NCBI RefSeq assembly: GCF_009914755.1
Contig: NC_060935.1
Direction: 5' to 3' (one strand)
DNA from: the human T2T-CHM13v2.0 reference genome, Homo sapiens
DNA: 64,000 bases
In this document: one piece after another, positions 1 through 26,359 of the stretch
Layout: every line of letters starts with the position of its first letter
Position numbering within the stretch: position 1 is the first letter of the stretch
Translations under genes and position numbers: made by a program
Notes under the pieces: model-generated
Database searches by the model: none
What the model saw: the letters and a program-made list of their open reading frames with translations, nothing else
Told to the model about the DNA's origin: nothing

Positions 1-624
1 TTAGCTTGCCTCCATTTTTCCTATGTAAATAGCAATAACATTGAACGCCTTTGTGAATAAAGCCATTTTTGCCTTCTGCAGTATTCCATACCTAAATCCT
101 TTAGAGTACAATTGCTGAGCAATGTACTATAAATGTTTAGAGGGTTTGATTCCTAAGGGTTGAACTAATGTCTTATGAATCAAATTGTGTGATCTTCATC
201 TTTTTAGTTCCGTCATAGTAATATTAATATTTTTAAAGACCAAGTCCAATAAACCAGTCTTGGTCACCTGATTAAGCAGTTCTCAAGCAGAAAATGAACC
301 TTTATGAGTTTTCTTTTAAAATATTAACTCTTTTATGTAAAGTATTTAAGTTCAATTTAATGTGGCAAATACTTGTATGTCTGTCATGTTACATCTTTCT
401 AGGTGTTTCAGATTCAGGATAAACAAGATAGACAAGCCTTGTTCCTGCCCTTAAGAAGCCCAGGACGAGGAATACAGACAAATAACACATTATTGAAATG
501 CCCTGATAAGTGCTTTTCATAGATAATACTATGGAATTACAGAGGAGGGGCACTTAATCCAGACTGGGAGGGGCATAAAAGGTATCCTTGAAGAAATCAT
601 AGCTAAACTTGGTAAGTCTTGAAC

Positions 625-2220
625 TTGGGTGGCCTGCGTTCTCCAACTTTGTCCTTATTTTTCAAGATTCTTTGGGTTTTCTAGGTCCTTTGCGTTTCCA
701 TATAAATTTTAGAATAAACTTGTTAATTTCTACCAAAAAAAAGCCTGCTAGGATTATGATTGAGATTATGTTAACTCCCTAGATCAATTTAGAATTAATT
801 GACATCTTTAGAATACTGAGTTTTCCAATCCATGAAAATGATCTATGTCTCTAATTTAAGAAGACTTTTAATTTCTCTCAGCAATGTTAATGTAGGTTTC
901 AGTGCAGAGGTCTTATAAGTCTTTGACGTATTCCTAAACATTTTGTTTTTTTATGCACATGTAAATAGTTTTATTTTTATAGTTTAACTTGGAACTGAAG
1001 AACAAATAGGAGTTAGGAAAAAGGAATATGGCATGCTAGGCAAAGGAAACAAAACAAGAAGGATATTTGTGTGCTGAGAGCTCAATATTACAAATGTCTG
1101 CTACAAACCTCTTTTATCATGCTGACATGGAAGAAATATTGCTGAGGTGAGTAACAAAAACAACAAAGAAGGCATATTCTTCTTTTTGAATTCCAGGGTC
1201 TACAACTATACACCTAATAATACTATCTAGTAGTATCTATTAGATTGATATGATTATCTAATAATAGAGCAATAATAACTAATAAGTTGCTAAGTTAGTT
1301 TAAGCCCTTTCAGGGCAGAATAAAGTTGGAGAATTTACACCATCTGACTTCAAGACTTATAAATATGCAGCAATTCAGTGTGCAGTATTAGTATTAGGAT
1401 AGACAAATAGATCAATGGAACGGACTATTTCTGCGGGCCCAGAAGTAGACCCACATTCATTTGATTTTCAACAAAAGCATCAAAGCAAGCCAATGAGAAA
1501 TGGAAAATTCCTTCAACAGGTGATATTGAAAAAACAGAATATACATCTGGAAAAATATCAACCTCAACCTGTATCTCACACCAAATATAAAAATTAATTT
1601 TAGCCTGGGCTGAGTGGCTCAGGTAATCCCAGAACTTTGGGAGGCCAAGGCAGGAGGATCACTTGAGACCAGGAGTTCAAGACCATCCTGGGCAACATAG
1701 CAAGACACTCTCTACAAAAAAATCTAAAAATATATATATATATTAGCTGGGCCTGGTGGTGCACCTGTAGTCCTAGCTACTCAGGAGGCTGAGGCAGGAG
1801 GATTGCTTGAGCCCAGGAGTTTCAGGCTGCAGTGAGCTATGATTGATTGTGCCACTGTACTCCAGCCTGGGTGACAGAGTAAGATCTCATTTCTAAAAAA
1901 AATAAATAAAATAAAATAAAAAAATAAAGCTATACAGCTTCTAGAAGAAAACCAAGTAGAATATATTTGCAACTTGGGAATAGGTAAAGATTTCTTAGGA
2001 TAGAGAAAGCATTAATCACAAAAATATAAAATTGATAAATTAGTTGTCATCAAAATTAACAACTTCTGCTTATCAAAAGACAGTCTTAAGAATCTAATTT
2101 GGTAAGCTATAGGTTAGGAGAAATTGTTTTCAAAATATATATCTGATAAAGAAGTAGTATCCAGAATATATATAGAATTCCTATAACACAATAATAAAAA
2201 GACAAAAACGAACCCAAAAA
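625..2220. mobile_element. Old L1 ORF2 fragments (minus ~625-980; plus ~1315-2220 split by an AluJ at ~1602-1925)
   Basis: Degenerate L1 ORF2 DNA: gacttcaagacttat, gatagacaaatagatcaatggaac, ccagaagtagacccacat, ctgataaagaa..tatccagaatatat. Confidence 0.75.
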
Positions 2221-3201
2221 ATCTACCGTTTTTTAAACTGCAAATGACAACACAAACTTAATCTAGCTTAAGTAGAAAATTGAGTTTTGGTACAACAATG
2301 TGAATGTACTTAATGCCACTGAACTATACACTTATTTTCAAATATCTATTTTTATATATAATTCAAAATTTAAAAAATTAAATGTCTTGGCATATGTACT
2401 GAGAAAGTCAGGAGTGGAGCCAGCTTCAGGGACCCCTGGATCCTGACATAAGGACTCTGTCTTCACCTTTCAGCTCCACTTCTGTTTCCTCCCAACCTCC
2501 CTTACTTATTTTTCAAAATAAGACAGTTGTGACTACATAGAGCTCTAGGCAAACATCACCCCAGCTAGCAACCCCAAAAAGAAAGACAAGATTTATCTCG
2601 CTGCTTCAGTAGATATAAATTTCAAGGAATAATTGGCCCAGATCGGGTTATGAGCCCACTACCCCTAAGGCCATGCCAGGAGGGTAATATGTTGAACCAC
2701 CCCATAAAAATCACATAAAATGAATAGTTAAGGAACCTTTCCCCAAAGGAAGAGCAGGGTTCTGTCACTGGGAGATGAAGAAAAGGGATGCTAAACAACC
2801 AAACAAACAGATCCCTTTAATAATGACTTGTTATCTATTCCTTGACTTTAAACAAATTATTTACCATCTGCCAGTCATTTTTCTCAATTCTTTCTGAAAA
2901 AAAAGATCATTTATTTATTCAGCAACTTTATATTGTGCACCTACTGTTGTGCTATGCACTGTTCTAGGGATGAGAGAGAAGAATGGTAAATAGACAAAGT
3001 TCTGGTACTCTTGTAGCATGAATGATTTTCCCACTTATAAAAGCAGTATTTGCCAGCTCCACATCTTGGCATTTCCAAACATCACCAGTAAAGAAACTTT
3101 TTTTCTCTGTTGAAAGAAAAAGTTAAGTCTACTACATTTGGAAGGTCAAAAATAACCTTTCACTTTTAGGGAAAAAGTATTCTGTACCTAGAGCCACTTA
3201 A

Positions 3202-12240
<9,039 letters not shown>

Positions 12241-12479
12241 AAAATTTTCCCATGCTGTCTCCTAGCTTTAATTAGTTTGCTTTCTTACTTATATATGTCT
12301 TAGATCTATTATTTAGGACAGAGAATATTTATTAAATGATCCATCTTTTGTCACTAATTTAAAATGTCATTTTGTCAGCTACTCAACTTTGGATCCATAC
12401 TGGTCTTTCTTTTCCATTCATGTGTCTGAAACAACATGCTTAGAATACTGTAGCTTTCTTATGTACTGTTTTTGTGGGG

Positions 12480-14215
12480 TAGTGTATGTATAGTTCTATG
12501 CAATGTAATCTCATGTATAGATTTGTGTAACCACCACTACAGTCAAGATACAGGACTGTTTCCTCACCACAGAGAAACTTCCTAGTGCTACCCCTCTGAA
12601 TTCACACCTTCACCCCGTCCTGTTCCTGACAAGTACTAATTTGTTCTCCATATCTATAGTTTTGTCACTGAGAATGTTATTAAGTGAAGTCATACAATGA
12701 ATAGTCTTTTGAAATTGGCTTTCTTTGATAAGCATAATGCCCTTGATGTCCATTTAGGCTGTTGTGTGTATTGCAAGTTTTTACCTTTTTATTTCTGAGT
12801 GGTGGTTCACAGAATGGATGTGCTGGAGTTTATCCATTCACCAGCTGATGGACATTTGGGTTATTTTCAGGTTTTTGCTATTACAAACAAAGCTTCTATG
12901 AACATTCCTTGAGGAATGTTGTTTTTCCTAAGTACAAAGTATTGGATTAAATATAATCCTTCATTTATGGTACACAGTCATCATTGGATCCATGCAGAGC
13001 CATCTTACTCATTTATTTTCATTTATCTGTACTAATAAATGAACACCTATGAACCCGCCACCTAAGCCAAGAACAAATAACTCACATCTTTCTTTGTTCT
13101 CCGTCCCTATCCCATCACTTTGCCTTTCCTTCAAAGACACCTACCCTCTTGAATTGTGTTCTTATCATTCTCTTTGGGGATGGGGTGTTTTTATCACATT
13201 CATTGTTAGCTTTACAAAAATACTTTAATAATCTGTATTACCTTCTGGGATTTGCTTTGCTGCTAAAGTTTTGTTGCTTGTGACTTAATTTTCTTCCTGT
13301 GTAATATTCCATTGTGTGCACATAGTAAGAAAATTTAGATTGTTTTTAGTTTTTGCAATATGATTGGTGCTGTTCTGAACATTCTTTAAGTGTTTCCAGG
13401 TACATATATGCTAAGCTTTCTTTGGGTTATATATCTAGGAGTGGAATTGCTAGATCAGAGAGGATGCAAATATTCAATTTCATGAGATAATATCACACAA
13501 TTTAACAAAGTAGCTGTTCCAATTTATACTCCCTCAGCAATGTGTCAGAGCGTCCTTTGATTCATATTTTCTTTAATGCTTTGCTTTTGTCAGACATCTT
13601 ACCTTTTACCATTTGAAAAGATAAAAAATGGCATATCATTGAGACCTCAATTTGCATTTTTCCAATTTCCAGTGAGGTTTATTGTATTTTCATATGTTTA
13701 TTAGCCTCATGTGTTTCTTCTGTGATATGTTTGATTATGTCTGTTGTACCTTTCACTATTGTACTATTTCCTTATTAATTGGTAAGAGTTTTTATATATC
13801 CTCGATATTTGTAGGATCTTTCAGCTTGTTGCTTGTCTTTTCACTTTCTTTAACGTGCAATCTTGGTTCTTAACCTCAGAACATACACAATTTATTTAAC
13901 CACTCTCCTACAGATGGACGTTTTTACTGCTTCCAATATTTTACCATTATAACAATGGGACCTTAGATATTCTTCTATCTATATTTTTGGGAACATGTGA
14001 GAGTATCTACAGGAAAAACCCCTAGAAATAGAGTTAATGCTGACAAGGGGTATGTGCATTTTAAGTTTTGACAGATACTGTCAAATTGCTCTCCCTAGGA
14101 GCTGTGCTTATATTCCTACCAACTGTGAGAGTGCCTCTTACCCTACATTCTCTCCAACATTGTAAAAAATGGTCATCTCGATTTGCATTTCTTTTATAGT
14201 CAGTGAAGATGAGTT
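12480..14215 (-). mobile_element. Old L1M 3' fragments
   Basis: gatggacatttgggttatttt, ttgggttatatatctaggagtggaattgct, aatttgcattt. Confidence 0.7.
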
Positions 14216-14525
14216 AAAAGCCCTTTGACATAATATTTTTATACTGTTATGATACAAACTTATATGCAGGAAAAATGAATAATGTTGGAACAGGTGCATC
14301 AGTCTTTTATCTGCAGGGTGAATATACAACCTTTGTGTAGATTTTTGTTTATTACTTGTTCTTTATTTTGGGCCTATAAAATGTAAAGTTGGACGATGAT
14401 GATTAGAGGATTTTCATAAGATCATTGGCTTTGGCGCAAATCCAAGCACATTATGCAGGTAGTTTTAAGAAGCCTTTGAACTCATGTTTTTTTCCTTCTT
14501 TCAAGCATATCATATTTATTATAAT

Positions 14526-15043
14526 GTATCAGGTAGAATAATGGCCTTCCAAAGATGTCCATATCCTAATTCCTGGAGCCTGTGAATATGTTCCCTTACA
14601 TGCCAAAAGGGACTTTGCAGATGTGATCAAGTTTAGGATCTTCAGATAAGGAGCATTATCCTAGATCATCCAAGTGGCACCAGTGTAATCACAAGGGTCA
14701 TTAACAGCAGAAGAAGGAGGAAGAAGAGATCAGAGAATGAAATATAATGATGGGAGCAGGGCCAGAGTCATGTGCTATGAGAACCTATCATTGCTGGCTT
14801 TAGAGAGAGAAGAAGGGCCCATGAGCCAAGGAAATCAGGAAGCCTCTAGAACTCGGAAAAAGCAAGGAAATGGATTCTCCCCTGGATCCTTCAGAAGGAC
14901 TTCATCCCTCCTGACACCTTGATTTTGACTCTATGAGACCCATTTTGAACTTCTGACCTCCAGGCATAAGATAATAAATTTGTATTGGGTTAAGTTATTG
15001 AGTTCATGGTAATTTGTTACAGCAGCAATGCACAACTAAAACA
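14526..15043 (+). mobile_element. MLT1 LTR (MLT1D-like)
   Basis: gaataatggcc..caaagatgtcca..tcctaat..gggactttgcagatgtgat start and gtaatttgttacagcagcaa end. Confidence 0.85.
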
Positions 15044-15082
15044 TATAGAAAATAAACAATATAAGCAAAATAAAGAAAATAA

Positions 15083-15382
<300 letters not shown>

Positions 15383-15779
15383 TGATCCACCTGCCTTGGC
15401 CCCCCAAAGTGCTGGGATTACAGGTGTGAGCCACCACGCCTGGCTGGTTTTGTGTATTTTTAAATTACACAAATAATTTTATACTTTATGCTCTTTTTGT
15501 AACTTGCTTGTCTCAGTCAAAATTACATTTATGGGATATCTTTATGTTGATAATGTAGCTCTCATTCATTTATTTAAAATTATGTATAATATTTCATGAT
15601 AAGAATTCACCATGTGCAGCTGCTGGGAACCTGAAGGTACTGGGTAGGTGCAGGCTGAGCAGACAGGGCTCTGGATGGGTTCCCAAGCAGTGAGGAGAGA
15701 TGGATCAAAACTACAGACCAACGATTCAGGCCTGGGGAGAGAAGGAAAATAGTATCAAGACAGCATCATTAGGTGACAT

Positions 15780-17860
<2,081 letters not shown>

Positions 17861-18904
17861 AAAAATTAACCTCAAGGTATCCAGTCCTTTATTGATAGAC
17901 ACTCACACTGTTTCCAAATTTTCCCTAATAATAAGCTATGTTACATTGAACATCCTTGTGCACCTTGGGCATATATGCAAGAGTTGCCTTAGGACAATGG
18001 TTCTTAACCTTAGCAGCATATTAGAGATTAAAATTTAAACACCTGATTCACATTTCCAAGAGATTCTTGTTTAATTGGTCTGAAGTGGAATCTGAATTTT
18101 TTTTTTTTTGAAGCAGGATCTTGCTCTGTTGCCCAGACTAGAGTGCAGTGGTGAGATCATAGCTCACTGTAGCCTCCAACTCCTGGGCTCAAGCAAAATC
18201 CTCTTGCCTCAGCATCCCATGTAGCTGGGATTAGAGGCAAGAGTCACTGCACATGGCTATCAGTATGTTTTTTAAAAATTTCTTTCAGGCAACTGAGAAC
18301 CACTCAATTGGGTATATACGTAGATGTGGGATGATCAGGTCACAGGATAGGCACGTCTTCACTTTGGTAATACTGATAAATTGTCCTTCAAAATAGTTGT
18401 ATCAATATACACTCCCAATGACAACATATCAGAGTTCCCATTTCCCCACATTCTCACCAACACTCTGTGTTTTTATTATTTGCCAATTTGGATGAGTGCC
18501 AAATTGTATGTCATTTTTGTTTTAATTTGTATTTTCCTGGTTTTTAATGATGTTGAGCATTTTTGTCATGTATTTATTGGTCTTTGGGGTTCCCTCTTCT
18601 GTGAATTGCTTTTTTAAAAACATCTCTTGTCCATTTCATAATTGTCATTTATCTTTTTCTCATTGATCTGAAGGAATTATTTATATATTCCGGATATAAT
18701 CCTTATTGCTTTGTTGTTGGCAAATATCTTTTCCCAATTTATGACTTGTCTTTTCGCTTGGTATTTGTAACATACAGAAGATTTCAGTTTAATATAATCA
18801 GATTTAGCAGTCTTTTCCTTTCGGTTTGTGCACCGTGTTTTCTTTTAAAAAATACTCTCTTAATTCTAATATCATGAAGACATTTTTAATATTTTTGTGA
18901 TAGA

Positions 18905-19346
18905 ATATTATAATAATGACTCCAGTGAATCACAGCATCCTGTATGCACATTCTTATGTAGTTCCCGCCCACATTGACTCTGGACTTGGCTAAATGAACT
19001 CTGTGACCTGCTCTGGCCAAGCCAACTTTGATGTAAATTGATGTAAGCAGAGATTTGAAAAGTGCTTGTGCATTGAAACTTGCATCTTGCATCTCAGCCA
19101 CCTTCAGGCTTGCCTGCTGGAGACAGTGGCCTAGTGAATGGCCAGCACCAGCTGCCAGACATGTGAATGAGGCTATCGTAGACCTCTCTGGTCAAGCTGA
19201 TCCTCCCAATGACTGCAGCATGGTGAAAACACTATAAGCAGCACCCAGCTCAAATTTCTGACCACAGAATTGAGAGCAAATAAAATGGTTGTTTTAGCCA
19301 CTAAGTTATGGGGTTGTTTGTTACGGAGCAATAGCTAAATAATACA
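18905..19346 (+). mobile_element. MLT1 LTR (MLT1G/H-like)
   Basis: cacattgactctggacttggc, gccagacatgtgaatgagg and gccactaagtt..gttgtttgttac..gcaatagcta motifs. Confidence 0.75.
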
Positions 19347-20130
19347 ATTTTCTTTTTTTTAGAAAAGAAACCCTTCTTCTTAAGTTTTGCTTCTCAGACT
19401 TGGATTTATAATTCATCTGCAATTTATTTTTGAGTATGGTAAGAGACAGGGGTCTTATTATATATATTATACATATATAAAAATTTCATATTTTTTCATA
19501 AGATTAGCCTATTTTTCTAGCACCATTTATTAAATAATCAATTTTTCCATTTGAAATGCTATTTTTTTTTTTTTTGAGACAGGGTCTTACCCTGTCACCC
19601 AGGCTGGGAGTATAGCAGCACTATCTTGGCTCACTGCAACCACTGCTTCCCCAGTTCAAGTGATTCTCCTGCCTCAGCCTCCTGTTAGCTGAGATTACAT
19701 CGTGTGCCACCATGCCTGACTAATTTTTGTTTTTTGTTTTAGCAGAGATGGGGTTTCACCACGTTGGCCAGGCTCGTCTCAAACTCCCGACCTCAAGTGA
19801 TACGCTCGCCTTGGCCTCCCGTGGTGTTGGGATTATAGGCGTAAGCCACTGCACCCGGCCTGAAATACTACCTTTATTATACAGCTAGTTCTAACACATC
19901 TTGGTCTTTTTCTAGGTTCTTTGTTTTATTACTTATTTAGCTATCTCTGCACCAATACCACATTGCTTCACATATTACGGCTTTATACAGTTTTCATATC
20001 TAATAGGAAACTTACTAATATGCCTATCCAATATGTCGTCTTTTCTCCCATCTTGATTAACGGAATATCAATTTTATTTGGTGTAGCCGTGTCTTCAGCT
20101 CCAGGCAATGGATCATGATCAGACTAACCT

Positions 20131-20430
20131 AGGGGTCAGCAAACTATGGTCCATTGGCCAAACCCATTTTACTCCTGTTTTTGTGCAACCCATGAGCTAA
20201 GAATTGTTTCTACATTTTTAGAAAAATATGATGTGAAAATTATGTGAAGTTAATAGTTTAGTATCCACAATAAAGTTTTATTGTAACACAGCTACATTCA
20301 TTTACATACTGTCTATAGCTGTTTTCACACTAAAATGAGAATTGAGTAGTTATGATAGAGACTGTATGACTCTCAAAGCCTAAAATATTTACTACCTGGC
20401 TATTTACAGAAAAAATTTGCCAGTCCCTGG
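20131..20430 (+). mobile_element. MER58 hAT-Charlie element (second fragment, minus strand, at ~21415-21507)
   Basis: ggggtcagcaaactatgg...aataaagttttattg..acacagc...tttacagaaaaaatttgccagtccctg. Confidence 0.8.
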
Positions 20431-20868
20431 TCTATGCCAACCTTATATGCAGTTGGATGACAATGCACATAGAAGATTCTTCCAGAGGACACATTCAAGG
20501 GCTGCCAGATTGGCTAACCAGAGAACTTAGCCCAGCAGGATTTAATATCTTCTTTGAACCGATGATTTACATATTTTCCATTCTTCCCTTTCTCAAATGG
20601 GAACTTTCACTGCGATTATCCTGTTCCTTCTCTGCTACAGTACATCGGGTGTGTTGGGAGCAGATAATTGTCTTCTAGCCTTAGGTTGCTGGACCACAGG
20701 ATCCATATTCAGACCTAGCAAAAAGGATTTGCACATCACTCAGAGATCTTTCACTTCAGGCTGGTTTATTTTTATGTAAAGCGTACATAGGAGAAAAAGA
20801 GTGTGTTTGGATGATTGATTGCCAAAGAAGTCAACTGGCAGATAGTGTTAGTTGCTACACAATACTGA

Positions 20869-21237
<369 letters not shown>

Positions 21238-22591
21238 TAGAGACGGGGTTTCACTGTGTTAGCCAGGATGGTCTCAACCTCCTGACCTTGTGATCCACCC
21301 GCCTCGGCCTCTCAAAGTGCTGGGATTACAGGCGTGAGCCACCGCACCCAGTCCACTCTTTTTTTTCTGCTAGGGAAGACTTATAATCTCATTCTAGCCA
21401 ATGAAAATATGTAAATCAATGGGGTTTGCTGTGTTCCAATAAAACTTTATTTACAAAAACAGGTGGCAGACCTGATTTGGCCCATGAGCCATAGTCTACC
21501 AATCTCTTCCATAGAACACATAAGAAGAAAGAGGGTAATGGGGGGCTGATAGTCTCTGACATGGTATCTAATATGAATTGCTTTAAACTTTATAAGCAGT
21601 TAAACACATTTTTGTTAAATTTAGCCAATTGTACAATTTGGTCACTCAGTAAATGGTCAATATGTAAGTCAATTTGTGATCTTGTGAGTGAACTCTCTAA
21701 AAATTATATAAGTGGTTGTTTTCTGTACATAGGAGAGCTATTGATTTTTGTATATTGCTCTTGTATTCACCAATCATGCTCCTATTGTCTCTGATAGATT
21801 GTCCATAAAGTCTGTTGGATTTTCTATATGAAATATTAAACTATTTGGAAACAATGTGTTTTGTGTCTTTTCAATTCCTTAAATCTTATCTTGTGTTTTC
21901 TTACCTTTTTGCATTGGCTAAGTCCTGCAGTATAATTTCAAATAGAAAGTCCTGTCTTTAAGCAATCTTTTTTAAAGTTATTATCTAAAAAGATAATTGA
22001 TATATGCAGTGTACATGTATGTGAATATGCTTTATAAAGGGATTATCACAAAATAATTTATATAAATAAGCCTCCTGATTTATTATTATATAAATAATTT
22101 ATATAATTTATATAAATTATAATATCACCTTAATCATATTTTATCTTCGTTTGACCCTCCCAGCATTTTCCTGTGATTATACAAGTATTGTTATTCCTAT
22201 TTAACAAAATAGGAAAGTGATACCCAAAGAAATAACAAAATGGTACTTTTAATATTATAAATTATATTATATTATAGTCTCATAGTTGTGTGGGAGACTT
22301 TTTCTCTTCTCCCAGTCACATGCCTCAACTTACAAAATAGAAGCTCCCCCAGCTCTCTAACTTTCTTCCCCTCACAGGAGAAGGAGGGACTTAATTGATT
22401 GGAGAAATTATGAGAGCATGACTTCCATTGGTTGCATCACTATTAAGTGATGTAACATGTTAGAATTTAACATGTTATAATATGCCAGATGACTAGATCC
22501 ATTATCTTTTCTCTCTGACCACTTAAAAAAAAACATAGTCAAAGTGATGTTTATTGATTTTTCAAGTTCAAAGTCTAAAAGAATCTACTGA

Positions 22592-23129
<538 letters not shown>

Positions 23130-25438
23130 TAAGAAAAACCTAAATGAAAAAGTAAATTATATTCATGAAATGGAAGATTTAGCCATGTAATCAATTTTCT
23201 CTAAACAGATTTATAGATTCAATACAATTCCAATTAAAATCCTACCAGATGTTTGATGAAACTTGGTAATTTTATTCTAAAATAATCTATATAAAAATTC
23301 AAAGACTCAGTCGGATGCAGTGCTCACTCCTGTAATCCCAGCACTTCGGGAGGCCGAGGCAGGCGGATCACCTGAGGTCAGGAGTTTGAGACCAGCCTGG
23401 CCAACATGGTGAAATCCTGTCTCTACAAAAAATACTAAAATTAGCCAAGCGTGGTGGCGGACACCTGTAACCCCAGCTACTCAGGAGGCTGAGGCCGGAG
23501 AATCGCTTGAACCTGGGAGGCAGAGGTTGCAGTGAGCCGAGATTGTGCCACACTGCACTCCAGCCTGGGAGACAGAGAAAGACTCCATCTCAAAAAATAA
23601 AAACAAAACAAAACAAAAAATTCAGAGAGTCAAGAAAATCCAAGATGCTCTTGAGAAAGAACAAGGTAGAAGGACTTGGTTTCACAGATATCAAGGTTCA
23701 TTATAAAGCTAGAGGAATAATGACAATATTGTAATAGTAAAAAAATAGGCATATAGACCCCTCAAACCTAATATGCAGCTCAGCAGCAGACTATTGTCTT
23801 AATAAACCAATAATACATGACAGAGATGATGTTGCAGATCAGTGGGAAAACAACAGATCTTTTCAGTAAATAGTGGCAGACTAGTTAGTATCCATCAGAT
23901 AAACTGAAATTGAATTCCTGCCTCACAATATGCACATCACACATACCAATTAATTTCAAGTGTATTAAAGACCTAAATGCAAAAATTAAACCAGAAAGCT
24001 TTTAGAAAATAATAAACGTGGCTGGGCACATTGGCTCACGACTGTAATCCCAGCACTTTGGGAGGCCGAGTCAGGCAGATTGCTTGAGCCCAAGAGTTTA
24101 AGATCAGCCTGGGCAACATGGCGAAACCCTGTCTCTACAAAAAGTACAAAAATTAGCTGAGTATGGCAGAACACGGCTGGAGTCCCAGCTACTAAGGAGG
24201 CTGAGGTAGGAGGATTGCTTGAGCCTAGGAGGTCGAGGCTGCATCATGCCATTGCACTCCAGCCTGGGCAACAGAGCAAGACTTTGCCTCAAAAAAGGAA
24301 AAAAAGAAAATAATAAACACAATGTCTTCATGGTCTTGTGTAGACTCTATGGAAGATTTTTTTTTTTTTAACAAACAGGAAAAAGGCATAAATCTAAAGG
24401 ATGAGGAATAACAACTCTTTTATATCAAGATTCTGTCTTCATTAAAGTCACCATAAAGAGTGAAAAAACAAGCTACAAAATAAGAGAAGATATTTACAAC
24501 TCAACTATCTGATAAAGGAATAGTATCCAGGATCTATAAAGAACTCATTCAGGGCAGGTGCAGTGGGTCACACCTGTAATCCCAGCACTTTGGGAGGCTA
24601 AGGCAGGCAGATCACTTGAGAACAGGAGTTTGAAATCAGCCCGGGCAACATGGGTAAACCCCCGTCTCTACAAAAAAATACAAACGTTAGCCGGGTGTGG
24701 TGGTGGCACACGCCTGTAGCCTTAGCTACTTGGGAGACTGAGATGAAAGGATTACTTGAGCCCAAGAGTTTTAGGCTTCAGTGGGCCATGATCATGCCAC
24801 TGCACTCCAGCCTGGGTCACAGAGTGAGACCCTGTCTAAAAAACAAAAAACAGAAAGCCAAAAGAACTTGTTCAAATTAATTAGAAAAAAATTTTCAAAA
24901 GACTTAAACAGGTGCTTCATATTTATTGGCCAATGTTAATGTCCAATAAATAGATTATAAGCACTTAACCTCAATAGTCATGAGGGAAATGCAAATTAAA
25001 ACCACCACGAAATATATCCACATAGTTACCAGATTAACAAATATTTTATTTATTTATTTATTTTATTTTTGAGACAGAGTCTGGCTCTGTTGCCCAGGCT
25101 GGAATGTAGTAGCACAATCTGGGCTATCTGGAACCTCTGCCTCCTGGGTTCAAGATATTCTCCTGCTTCAGCCTCCTGAGTAGCTGGGATCAGATTAACA
25201 AGTATTTTAAAAGATTGTCTCCTAATCTTAAATACTGGCTAAAATGCTGAGCAACAGGAACTCTCATACACTACTGGGTAGAAGTATAAGAGAATCAATT
25301 TATTAAACTGTTTGGTAATAACTTCCAAAGGCAAACATAGGCAGACCCTATGACCAAGCAATTTCACTTCTAGGTGTATACCCAACAGAAATGCATATAA
25401 AAACATCATTATTGGAAATAGCTCAAAAGTGGAAACAC

Positions 25439-25776
<338 letters not shown>

Positions 25777-25902
25777 GGAAACACCCCAGATGTCCATCAA
25801 CAGAAGAACAGATAAATAAGTTTGTAGAGTATTTCTAAAACAAAATACTTAGCAATGAAAACTAATGAACCACAGCTGTACATGAAAATATGGTTAAATC
25901 TC

Positions 25903-26270
25903 TGATATGGTTAGGCTTTGTGTCCACCCAAATCTCATCTTGAATTATAATCCCCAGGTGTTGAGGGAGAGATCCGGTGGGAGGTAATTGGATCTTGGGG
26001 GCGGTTTTCCCCCATGCCTTTCTCGTGATAGTGAGTGAATTCTCACGAGAGCTGATGGTTTTATAAGGGGCTCTTCTGCTTTCCCTCTCTGACTTGCTCT
26101 CTCTCCTGCTGCCTTGTGAAGAAGGTGCTTGCTTCCCCTTCTGCCGTGGCTGTAAGTTTCCTGCGGCCTCCCCAGCCATGTGAAACTGTGAGTCAATGAA
26201 ATCTCCTTTGTTTATATATTACCCAGTCTTGTGTAATATCTTTATAGCAGTGTAAGAACGGACTAATACA
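25903..26270 (+). mobile_element. MaLR solo LTR (THE1/MST type)
   Basis: Termini tgatatggtt...ggactaataca; 5-bp TSD atctc on both sides. Confidence 0.92.
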
Positions 26271-26359
26271 ATCTCATAAACATATATAGTTGTTATAGGG
26301 TTTGTCAAGTTTTCCCTCCCAAGAGATCTATAGGTCATTTTAGTGGCCAGACTGTTCTC

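Noticed and set aside
22453-22478. taacatgtta twice as a p53 response element
   Set aside because: Both half-sites mismatch RRRCWWGYYY at their ends, have a 5-bp spacer and sit in AT-rich DNA.
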